This document shows, one piece after another, positions 13,180-24,200 of a stretch of 64,000 nucleotides of DNA; position 1 is the first letter of the stretch, and every line of letters starts with the position of its first letter. The DNA is from Raillietiella orientalis (lineage: Eukaryota): positions 2,170,001-2,234,000 of the forward strand of contig JAYWIR010000016.1 in assembly GCA_036172245.1 (NCBI GenBank), in the 5' to 3' direction. Under the pieces are notes generated by a model. That model had not been told where the DNA came from. It made no database searches and worked only from the letters and a program-made list of their open reading frames with translations. The position numbers and the translations under genes were made by a program.

Positions 13180-16100
13180 CTGCAAGAGAGAAAGAAAGAC
13201 AAAGGGAGGGTGTGAGGACAAGGAGGAAGGGAGGAGGAGGAGGATGAAAGGAAAGGGAAGAAGAACCATCGCTCCGTATTTTCGGACCGATGACCTTCGG
13301 GATAGCCTTCGCCCCTCTACGCCGGGATCGCACGCCATCTGGAGAGCAGCGCTCTCTCTCTCCAAGCCACGCACGCCGGGAGGCATCGCCGACCTAGAGG
13401 CGATGACCACTCCAACCAAGCTTATCGGACCAGAAAGGGGGTGACCCTTCTGGCTCGCTGCCACGGGAAAGTCAGAGGGAGGGGGAGAAGCGCGGGAGCC
13501 ATTAGGGCGGAGAACAGAAGCGGACGGCAGCGGCGCACAGCACAAAGGGCGCATCGAAGGGACTCAGGATCTGCCTCCTCTGAACCTTAGGGTCGGGAAG
13601 GAGGGGGGAAAGAGGGGAAGCTGCGTCGTGCGTTGCCTCCACTTAGGAGGGGGGAGGGACACGATTGCAGAGCAGAGCAGCAGGCACGAACCCCTGGCCG
13701 AAGTGCGCTGGCACCGGCCGAGGGACTGCGCGCGCAGATGCCTATGGAACCGGAAGAAACGACCGGTCGGCTGGACCGGCCTTGGATACCGTCGGAAGCC
13801 ACGACCTGCCGCGTGACCTCCCCCGTGGCACAGGGACAGAGGAGGGTAAGACGGAGTGGATGAGACGCTCGCGGCGTCCTCAGTCTCCAGGCCAGCCAAC
13901 AGAGGGCAGGATGAGACGTTGCCTTCGGAGACTCTTCCATCCCATTCCCAGGTCCTCCTCCTCTGCTGGATCTGCTCCGCGATCCCGTTGCCGCTCCCCT
14001 TTCTTGCATGTCGGAAAGGAGGAGGCAGGAAGAGGCGTTCATCCGGGAGACCGGAACGTTTTCCTGGAGACGCCCCGTGGATGGCGAGCAGAGGACTCCT
14101 GACCGGCTCCGGGAAGTCCGAATGTCCTAGGCAGGAGGAGGGGGAGCAAATTCCTCTCCTACCCTCCTGTCCGGCACCTCATCGGGAGGACAGCAGCAGG
14201 GGCAGCCCGGAGGGGCGTTTGCCGTGGGACCCGGAGGAATATCGGACGGCAACGTGTCAGGGAAGGAGGGGGAGGCGAGCAGGAAGGTCGGCCGCTCCGG
14301 GCGCGAGCGACCGGATCCTCCGAGAGATTTGCCGTGGAACCGCAGAAAGAGCGCGAACCGGGATGATTCCGCCTGCCGCCGCTGACGCTGATGACGATCG
14401 CTGTTCCCGCATCCATCCGGCCCGCAGAAGCGAGGAGCTGAAGCGGAAAGCGATCCACGGTAGGAGGTCGACGACCCAGAATTTTCTGTCCGGCAGAATT
14501 TTTCGGAGGGATCGATCCGAATCTCCTCCCCTGCAGAGGCGGGAAGAGGAAGAGCGGGAAGGGAGGGAGCACTCCCGAGCACGACACGCGGGGAACGATC
14601 CTTTATCGATTTTCCTCCTGTTCCTCTTGGAAGCCCAAGGAAGAGCAAAGAAGCCGAGGGCAGCTGCACAGAGAGACTTCGACGCGACGAGAGGGAACCG
14701 AAAATAGGCGGGAAGCGCGCCCTCGCGGATGGTATCCATGGAGACACCGCCGTTGGACCCGCCCTCCGAAAAATAAGCTCGCCGGAAGAAGATCTCGAGA
14801 TCGAAAGTTCCGGCTGGGGAGATGCAGAGCACATCATCATCGGTCGCACCTCCTTGCAGACAGGCAGACGCTCCAGGTTCCCCGAATTCTCGGGACCCCC
14901 CCCCCTCTCTTTCTCTCTCTCTACCACTTCGAATCCGGTGACCGTTGAAGAAAGTAATGGGGGTTGGCTGGATGGATTCTTCAGCCGTCCTGGCTTTTTC
15001 TAACTTTCCTCTGAGAGGTGACTCGATCCCGGTGACGTCTAAGGAAGGGCGCTTCAACAGCGGCACGATGCACCCCCGCGCATGCGCGGGGCCTCCCTGC
15101 TGGTCGAGCCGGGCAAGCAATCTCAACGTCAAAGTAGCACGCAAAGCGAGAGATCAAAATGGCTTCAAACCTTGAAATGAATCATCAAAACACATCCATG
15201 AAGGGACGCAGTTTTTGCTGCAGAAGTCTCTCTTTCACGGCAGGATGGCCACATGTGTGAAGTTGACGAAATTTCGCACGAAACTCGCCTTTTCACAACA
15301 GGATTGCCACATACGTAAAGCGAATGAGATGTCGACGACCAGCTGGCAGCTGGCCATCGACATTTCATTAGTGCTTCCATTTTAAAACGCATCGTCCGTA
15401 AGTTCAAGTTGATCCCCAGCTAGAGCAAGCAATCGATTCGATTCAAAGCGGAAGATAGGCTGATAGGATAACGTGGGACAGGGTAATTCCGTGGGACTCT
15501 GACTGAAAGATTTTCTCGAGTGTGATTCGTCGAGTCAAGCACGAAAGTCACAGTCCTCTCAAAAGAACACTCCCGTTTTAATCATTGGGCATCCGGAAAA
15601 CCCCGAATTATAAGGAAAGGGGTCTATCTTCTCGCGTCACATCTTTTAAAAATTTCAAGCACGAAATATCGATTTCCCATACTTCGCACTATGGGAACTG
15701 TTCGGTTCTTCCCAAGGCATCGTGGATGAGAAGCTTGATGCTACTTTACAGGAAACAGTGATCTCTGAACACAAAATCTGATGGTTTTCTTGAATGCTGA
15801 ATCCACGCCAACGCCTTTCGCGCGCTCCGGATTTCCTACACACAAGACTGTCACTTCCCTCCCAAGGGCGGGATCCTCGGGAATGCAGGCAACCTTCGAG
15901 GAAGCCAGAGGCGCGAGGACAGCTTGCGCGCTGGGAATCAGAACGGAGATGAGAAAGGGACTGCAATTTTGGACGTCTTGCGGGAGATTTTCTTGAAGCA
16001 GGGAAACGGAGCCACCATTTCCTTGCCTACGGCTTGAAACGGAAAACGTGTTGACCGCGCGGGCGAGGGTTCGCCGCGGACTGCTGCACAGTCGCGAGGC

Positions 16101-17122
16101 TCCGGCAGAAAAGCAGGACGCCAACTTGCCGAAACCGAAGAAACGCGCCTTCCAAGAACGGGCAGCCAAGGAATGCTTCTGTGCATCACCACGACAGAAT
16201 GAGAAGGAGGAGGAGAAGAAGAAAACGCATTCAAAAAAATCAATTTTATTTTTAATCTGCCACTCTTCGAAGCATGAAGATGTCAAATGAGGTATCACTG
16301 GAATGGTTTAGAACACAGTTTAGAGGATTGTCGTTTCTCCAGAAGCTCGTTCCACCAGCCTCCTGGCATTCCGTGCTCACAGATGAAGCCGCGAACATAA
16401 TGCGGAATGCATCCCGAAGATGCTTTCATCCTCGCACGAAAATAAGAGTCGGGTGCTCAAGGCACACTCACGTTGACTTCGATGTCTCCCATGCCTGCCC
16501 CGGAAGGACAGCACGATACTCCCGTGACCCGTTCGACACAGCACGAGGAAGGCAGAGAGAAGCGACGTCCGGGCCGTGCAACAGAAAGTGCAAGCATGAA
16601 AATTAGGAAAACACGCGCACACATACACAGTCGGTCCAGGGAGGAGGTTTCTGCCCAGACCCCCGACCAATTCACTCCCAAAAGTCATGCATTACAATCG
16701 AAAGCGAAATTGGACCGATCGCAACTTCCTCTGCGGCTCGAGATCGCCCCCTTTGCCTGAGAGAAGGGGGGGGGGGGAATGGGGTGAGGTGTCAACAGTT
16801 TGGGCGTGTGGTCAACTCATGAAGCAAGCCCGGCAAACGGTGCTCGCAAGCTGGCAACGATCGGGTGCGGATAGATTCCCGGAAGCTATTCGTGTAACCA
16901 AGCAACCAATCCCTCAGCAGGGAGGGCACACTTTGTGAAGAAAAAAAAAGGGTCACCACCGTTCAGTACTGTCCTCAGACTGTTCCCCTCTTTCGGATTA
17001 CCCTCCACGGTTGCCACCGTCACCCCAGTCCTCCCCTCTCCCTCCCCCCTCCACCGCATCTCGAGGGCACATCTTCGGCACCACTCCGCAGCCATAACGT
17101 CTTCTGCAACACTGGACCCATC

Positions 17123-17845
17123 TCACAACACAGTCTGCTTCTTGTATTCGCCAGTCAGCAAAACCACTTTTTCATTATCGGTCCCTCTGTCGTCCAAGAG
17201 GCAGTGCACGCCGTTCTGATCCGGAAATGCCGCTGCTGCGTCGCCGGACTGCGCAAGCTGTGAGGATGAGGGCTTCTTCGAATTGCATGATGGCGCAGGA
17301 GACGGTTCCTTCTTGCTCTGCCTTGTCTCTTTCGAAAATGGGTGCGGGTCGTCTGCGTGATCTTGCAGCACGCCCTCCATTTTGCTCTTCTTGCCTGTCG
17401 GCAGCGTCAGCCCCCTCTCCATGTTCACCAGCCGCTGGGAGTGCGACAGCTGCTTCTTCACGTACTCGGCCAACTTTTTCTCCTCATCGTTCGAAACCAT
17501 CTTGTGGATGAAGACGAGCAGGCATCCGATGAGCGACAGGAGGATCCCGACTCCCAAAAGTTCATCCCACATTTTACCGGATTCGTTTGCTGGAATGATT
17601 CTTCCTATGGTGATTATGATGCCCAGGACGATGAAGATCACGCCGAGGTGGAACATGGTCAAGTCGCTGACCACTTTGGTGTCAAGGAGGGATTTGGTTT
17701 GTGCGCGAGAAAACATCTTTGTTCGGCCATCCTTGCTCAAAGAATGCTTCCTGTTGCTGTTGCGCAAGCTGCTGTTTCTTCTGGCGTTTATCTCCCTTTG
17801 CCGTCTGATCGCCAGCGCGGACTGCACCGAGTGAAAAGCAGGCAT
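17123..17845 (-). CDS. Uncharacterised two-transmembrane protein (paralog B), 240 aa, single coding exon preceded by a splice acceptor at 17901
   Basis: MPAFHSVQSALAIRRQRE...MFHLGVIFIVLGIIITIG (TM1)...LLGVGILLSLIGCLLVFI (TM2)-HKMVSNDEEKKLAEYVKKQL. Protein-like composition, unlike neighbouring shadow ORFs. Acceptor ctttgtgtttcag| 55 nt upstream of the ATG. Confidence 0.8.
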   Translation of the reverse strand: MPAFHSVQSALAIRRQREINARRNSSLRNSNRKHSLSKDGRTKMFSRAQTKSLLDTKVVSDLTMFHLGVIFIVLGIIITIGRIIPANESGKMWDELLGVGILLSLIGCLLVFIHKMVSNDEEKKLAEYVKKQLSHSQRLVNMERGLTLPTGKKSKMEGVLQDHADDPHPFSKETRQSKKEPSPAPSCNSKKPSSSQLAQSGDAAAAFPDQNGVHCLLDDRGTDNEKVVLLTGEYKKQTVL

Positions 17846-19730
17846 CTTCAAGACACGGTTTCTGAGAAGACTGCTCCTACTGTCTTCCGAGGGTCCGGAT
17901 CTGAAACACAAAGATGGAATTACACTGAGTGACCGCTGGCTCTCCCCGACTCAACCAAGTATCAACGGAGATGTGACCAACCAGCGCCGTGAACCATCGC
18001 GGGTGGGACTGAACTCAAGGGCACGTGACCAGGGAATGCAACACGCGGCATCTCTGTGCAAGTCTGAACAAACAGAGAGCTGGGGAGAAGTCAGCAAAAT
18101 GCTCCCATACACCCCTGCCCCCTCTCACATCCCTTGATCTCAACGCTACCATCCGTAGGTAATAAAAGAGTACTTCGTACTACTGAAGTACTTGATATTT
18201 TTCTGGAGTTCCTTTAACCCCTAATGCTCCAGCGTGGAGAAAGCCCTACGAAGGCGCGTAGCGATCTTTGACTTATGGATTCTGCATCTTGGAAGTTTCC
18301 TTGAACTCCCCATCAGTGTGAACTTTCTGACCTTGCCGCTAGCGTTTTGCTGACGCACCTCAATCCCGAATTCATCAGATGATCTGCGCCACAAGGAAAA
18401 CTGGATGAAGGAATGGAGAGGAATTGGGTAGGTGGGCGGAGGGGAGGGGATCGCTTAAAAGTGGGCCTTTTGCAAGACAACTGGATTGGAGGGCAACGAT
18501 TTTGAAATCAGATTAAGTGAACTGCATGTTTCATTCGAAAGAAACTTCGCTTCCTCCAGGTTTCCATCCTCGGCCCTTTTGTAAGCCGCTACCTGAACAT
18601 CTACATTCCTGCTGCTCGCCTTCCGTTTCCTTTCGCGTTTTAAGGGCTTTTTTTTTTTTTTTTTTTTGTCGCCATGCAGTTTCCAGCTTCGAAAGAGCCC
18701 TATGGCACCGGGAACGCTTCCGACACGGAAACTCGTCGCGAAAACAAACCGCAGGTATCGGAGGACGTCTTGCATCGTCAGCAGCCATGACTGTGCCCGT
18801 GAGGAAGGACACGATCACAGCTCACAGTTTGCACTGAGCAGTAGGCTCAAACTCCCAGTTCTGTTGGCTGGGGTGGTCGTCAGCACCTCTCCACCGCCCT
18901 CATGTGATCCAGATGGAAGGCGCTTCAAAACTCGTAAGAGGTTCTGCGCCCTTGAAACCCGTCGAGTCTTCTTCTTGTCATTTCCGCCAAGATACTTCCC
19001 GAAATTCGGAATCAGGTGGCATGCCAGTGCTAGCCGATGGCTTGATAGACAGTGGAAACACAGACGCAGAAAACCTCGCAAATGCAAAGGAAATCCACAA
19101 TAAATCCCTTCCCCCATGCACAAAATCCAAGGACATGTTCCCTGATAAGTTCTGCCTTCTTCATGAACCAACATATCCCATTCGAGAAAAAAAGCCGCCA
19201 AAGAACGATAGAGAATTCCATAAATAAACTGAACTGATGAAAGATCTGATAAAGCATTCATAAACAAGAAAGGCACAGCCATTTCGAAAAAAATTCTTTA
19301 TGATTCCTCACAAGGAGGAGATTTTGCTCCCCACATTAATCCGGCGCACCATAAGCATCATAAAGGCATTTTGAACAGATCTTTTACTATTATTTTTTGT
19401 TTTTCTATAAGGAATAATGATAAATAATGAGTGTGGACGAGTGGTTAAACGACACAGGAAGACAAAGATGTTTTTACGAGGAACAAGAGAACATCAACAG
19501 CTAACCACGAATCGTTTCCTTGTTCCCTGAAAATCCCCCTGAAGTGCATCCGCTTCCGGGTGATCTGGTTTAGCAAGAGCAATCTATTGCCCACTGGCGC
19601 AAGATGACATCAACTTTCTTGAAACCGTGACAATTTGCTCGCGAACCTTCAATCTTTCAATTCAGCCACGGGGAATCATTTTGTTGCAACAGGCAGCACA
19701 TTCCTTCAAAGTGCACGACGAGGTCACAGT

Positions 19731-21953
19731 GAATGCCCATGTCTCCCATTCGAGGTCTCCACACCCTCAATCTCAACCAATTTACTTCCGCTTTCTGAAG
19801 AGTGGTATACGAATGCTCGAATGAACGCTCCCCACTCCCCAACTATTCGGTTCGTTGTCCTATTCGAGTCGTCGGTGCCAGAGATGGGCTCAAAGAACAC
19901 TGACCGCAAGATGGCAAAACAAAAACTGTTTTTTTCTTAAGCGACATTAAGGTTCGTAAACATGAAACAGCAACCACAGCAAATCACGTTGGAACTAGGA
20001 GCACGACCCCGGCAGTTGGTTGCGTCACCCTTGTTTCTCAATCGGGTCCAACTTTCCTTCTTTGCATTTTGTCATTCGCAGCTTCTTTTTCTCGAGCACA
20101 CTCAACGTATCCTTCATATCTCCTATAAAAACTTTACCTTTTCTTCCTAGCCGCAAACGGATCGAAGGAAGCGCATTTCATTTCATTTTGTTTTTTCGCA
20201 CATCTCTGTGCACGTTTATGGCATTCGTCATTCTCCCGCGTGACGCCTAAGCGCATAACGCATCCCAGCGACATCCCAGGTATCCGTTCTTAATCACTGC
20301 TGGTCCCTGCATGTCTTCCCGCTCGTGCGAGCTTCTTCACGTCGGCACGGACTTTCAATGAGCAACGCGGAGGTGTCTGTGAAGATCTCCACCCTTGACA
20401 TCTCACCATGTCACTTGCGAGAAGGCGATCCTCGCCGGCGTGTTCTTCCCGCCTGCAGGCAAGTCCTTCTGTCAAACCATTTGGCTTTCCTGTTCGGAGA
20501 CACGCATTCCCCGTTAGCAGCAGCGGATGGCCTCCGGTCCGAAGTGTAAATTGGTACGCGCGAGCTGGAGCAGCCACAGCGGCTCACACCGAGGGGGTGG
20601 AGCAGGAAACAAGTGGCGTGCCACCCTGATTGCATCCAGCACCACGAGCCCTTGTTCCCCGATTCTTCTCGGGGCTTTCGACATCCCTTGCCGCATTAAG
20701 CGCCAGAGGACGGAGGACGTCGGTTGCCTCGAGTCCTTGCCATCCACCTTCGCACAAACACACGTTTCCTTTGAAAGGCGCTCCGAATCACCTCACCCTA
20801 CTCTGAAGATTCAGTTCTGCCGAATGGGCAGCGACATTCACAAGAAACGATAAATAAGGCGGACGATCGTTCCGCCCGATTTCGGGGGACCTTTCCAATC
20901 TGCGCACGACTCGACTTTCGTCTTCCTTGAGCTCCTGGAAAGGAGCTTCACCCTTCCCGAGCACCACCTAACATGGAAACAGCACACAAGAGGCGCATAA
21001 TCTGCCCATAATTTAACCGGCAATGGCTTCAACCGACAGCAGTCAAGGCATTCCTGATGAAACATCCTGATGCATGATCCGACGCGGAACCTTCTGGAGT
21101 TAGACCCCATCCCCCCCTAAACGTCAATTTCGCTTGCAGCAGCCCCTCCAGACGGTCGCTTCTCCCACCCATCGATGCGATCCGATGCACATCCGTCCGT
21201 ACACGCGCGAGCTCTTCGCATCGCCAGTTCGGTTGTGGGGAAGCGTGGTTCCACTTTCCCGCCACTTGGAACGAATGCAAACGAGTCCTCAAAACTGCTG
21301 CCCTCCTTGTCCACCGGGCTCGGAAGCACCCAGAAGGGGGCCGCGTCCATGTACCCGTTGTCTGGTGGTGGACAGAAGTAGACTTTCGCTCTCTTCGCGT
21401 TCGTTTGCACGCGAGTCCGTTCAGGGAGGTTGGGTCCCGTGCGACCAAACCAGCACTTCGGCCCTGACCACGCTCGAGCTCCCCGCTCGCGGCTTCCCTT
21501 CGAAACTGCCCGTCCGCGCGTGGTTGCAGGTGCTCGGCAAAAGAACAGTTCAGCCACCGCGTAGCTCTCTTGCGTGCACGGTGCTGTTACCATCTTCCAG
21601 CCGCAGTTCTGCCCTTCCCGGAGTTGGTTTCCATCTGCACGCACGCACTTGCCCCCATGCCGAACTCCGACCTTTGGAGCTGTTCGCGTTGCACGCTGAC
21701 CGTGCCGCCCTTCCTTCCGGCAGGAAAACTTGGGTAGCCGTGGCGGAAGGAAACTGCGGTGCTCATCGCACGAATGTGTTCCCCTGCCACCAGCAGCACT
21801 GGACGTCTTGGATCGGTGACGTGGATGACGATATGCCAGAAGAAGACCTCAAACGAAAGGTCCGCGAATTGAAATGCACTTCTTGCACATCCGCTTGAAC
21901 GTCTCCCCCCCCCCCCGTCTTCCTCCTCCCCCCAAATATCCTGAGCCATGGCA
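19731..21953 (+). repeat. 2.2-kb direct repeat, copy 2
   Basis: Near-identical to 5961-8180; shared sequence starts gaatgcc and ends ctgagccatggca. Confidence 0.97.
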
Positions 21954-23929
21954 TACTCCTTCGTAAGGGTATATGCCCTCTTTGTCTTATGCCACCGCTC
22001 TGCTGGCATCCACTAGGAGCTAGCCTGCCAGTAAGAGGATAAAGCTAAATTCGAACTATTGCTGGATGAGTAAACAAGAAGAAAACATCCGTAATAACGA
22101 GAGTAACTTATTCAGGAAAGGGCCGTTGGAAGAAAAATTGCCGGTACGGTAATCCACACTGAATTTTCATTATCAACTTTTCGATGTGCCACGTGCGTAA
22201 CTGTTGGAGTGGCATCAGGAAGTCTCATAACGAGATGGTTAATCACGATTTCGGAAAACTCCAAACGGCCGCACAAAGAAGCTCTTCGAACCGCACGCGT
22301 TCGGGGCAGCGGCTTCCTCGTAGCTGTTTGAGTTTCAAATGCTTTTCCTGAAGACCGGGAACACAGTTTGCAAATGTCCGGAAACCGTACGGAAGTTCCT
22401 AATTTGATGGAATAGAATTATTCCACGAGGCGATCGTGACAAATTCGATAGAAGTTTCCCTCCGAATGCAAATCGCATTAAGCTACTTTAAAAAAAGAAA
22501 GGGAAAAGAAGAGGAAAAACAAAGAAAAAAAAGACGCGCTTTTGACGTGAACTGAATTGCCGAAATCAGCAACGGATGCTGGTGGGATGAGGTTCTCTGC
22601 AGCTCGTTTAACTAATCCGTGTTGAGGACAAGGGGTTTCAAGATGGCGACTCGGGGGCATTGTTGGAGCGGCGTCTCTTGGCTTGATCATGTGTTCCCAG
22701 TGCCTGTTTTCATCCCAGCGTTGGAAAAATTAAAAGGATCGAAGAAAAAAGAAAGAAAAGAAAAGAAAGAGAAAAAAAACACCAAAACCACCAAATGCTT
22801 ATTTTCCCCTTTGGAGTCACTGATACGCTTTGCAACAATTTTCTTAGCGACCTCGTATGACTATGATATGAGCTACACAGCAGAAATGCAGTCAGTTAAA
22901 ACCTTTCAAACATCGGGAAAACTTTCCAGAGGCGAAAAGCGAGAAAACAATAGGTGAGATTGATCGGAGGGGACGGAGGGGAGCAGATGAAGATGCATTG
23001 CTTTTAGCTGCTGAGGGTATTCTGCGTTCTAACGGAGGATTCCAAGTGAAAGCAGGAGCATGTCATTTACTGCAACGCTTCGGATCGCTTTCCTGGGATT
23101 ACGTCAAAACCGCACTCACGATCTCAAGTATTTCAACAGAGGAAAGAACGCAAGAGTGGGAGTTCCGGCGCGCGAAAGCAGCAGAAATACCTGCGTTCAC
23201 TGTTCCGCTCTTATTGCACGTATTGAGCAGTCGATAAAAGACTTTCCAGCATGAGCTATTGGTGTGCTCGTTCTGAGCTCACGTGAGATCAAAGGGTATT
23301 ATCGAATTTGGCACAAGGGATCGACGCAAGGAACAATTTGCTCCGGAGCCTTCGATCGCCCTGGGTCATCGTTAACTTTACGATGACCCGCGCCTTCTCT
23401 CGGGGTGGAGGTAGAAGTTTGACTGTGATCATTCCTGTATGATGTGCTGGATTTCCTCTTTCCTGCATCCTACTCGCAAAACGCTGCACACCACGTCCTC
23501 TGGGGACAATTCTTCCTTCCTTTCTGTTGCCAGGGGAGGAGCACCCAGAATCAGAGTAGAAGAGCCTCCTTCCTTCATGTTCGATCAAAATCCCGAATAT
23601 CGAAATCTCGAAAGGTCATAAAAAATAAATATATGTGCTTATTACTTATATACATATTTATATATAATAAAGATATATTAACTGAATATTTGAATATCGA
23701 ATTATGAAAAAGATAAGAACGTAGTGGCGACAGTTGAAACTAGTGGAGAAAAATAAAACAAACAAACAAATTAAAAAATGAGCATATGAAAGCGTGGATG
23801 AAACGAGTTGTGGTATCCCTTGCAACACAACTTCAATGGCCAGGAAGGAAGGGAAGGTGGAAAAGAGTCACCACTTTTATTTGTAGCTGTTAACTTTGAA
23901 AACAACGCAGGAATAGATTATGGACAATT

Positions 23930-24200
23930 GCATAATATACTGTGTATATTATGCAATGCATATATATACATATATATATAATATCTCGAAAAACGATCAA
24001 AAAATAAATTTACACGTTTATTATGTATATGTATACATATAGATGGATAGCTAGATTAATATATATATTATGTATGCATATGCACTCATATGCATAATAA
24101 ACATATATAAAAAACACATAGTATATTATATACATGTATGTGTACACACACATATATATATAATATACATTGTTTTTCTATACATACATAATGAACATAC
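23930..24200. repeat. Degenerate (TA)/(CA)-rich low-complexity tract
   Basis: Interrupted tata/cata/caca runs within an AT-rich island in otherwise GC-rich DNA. Confidence 0.7.

Noticed and set aside
10373..16900. Many long overlapping ORFs (for example 10959-12047, 13856-14707, 14257-15144)
   Set aside because: Arg/Pro/Ser/Gly-rich in all six frames, as expected from stop-poor GC-rich DNA; no motifs. Only the TM exon at 12661-13179 was kept.
19431..19460. tRNA A-box-like gtggacgagtggttaa
   Set aside because: No B-box/T-loop or cloverleaf follows.
5961..21953. Full-length LTR retrotransposon (long direct repeats with TG...CA-like ends)
   Set aside because: No matching TSD, no tRNA PBS or polypurine tract, no gag/pol motifs inside, and identity extends beyond the TG.
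22003..22031. Hairpin with CTAG just past repeat copy 2 (Helitron 3' end?)
   Set aside because: It lies outside the duplicated sequence, is absent from copy 1, and the CTAGs are inside the hairpin rather than downstream.
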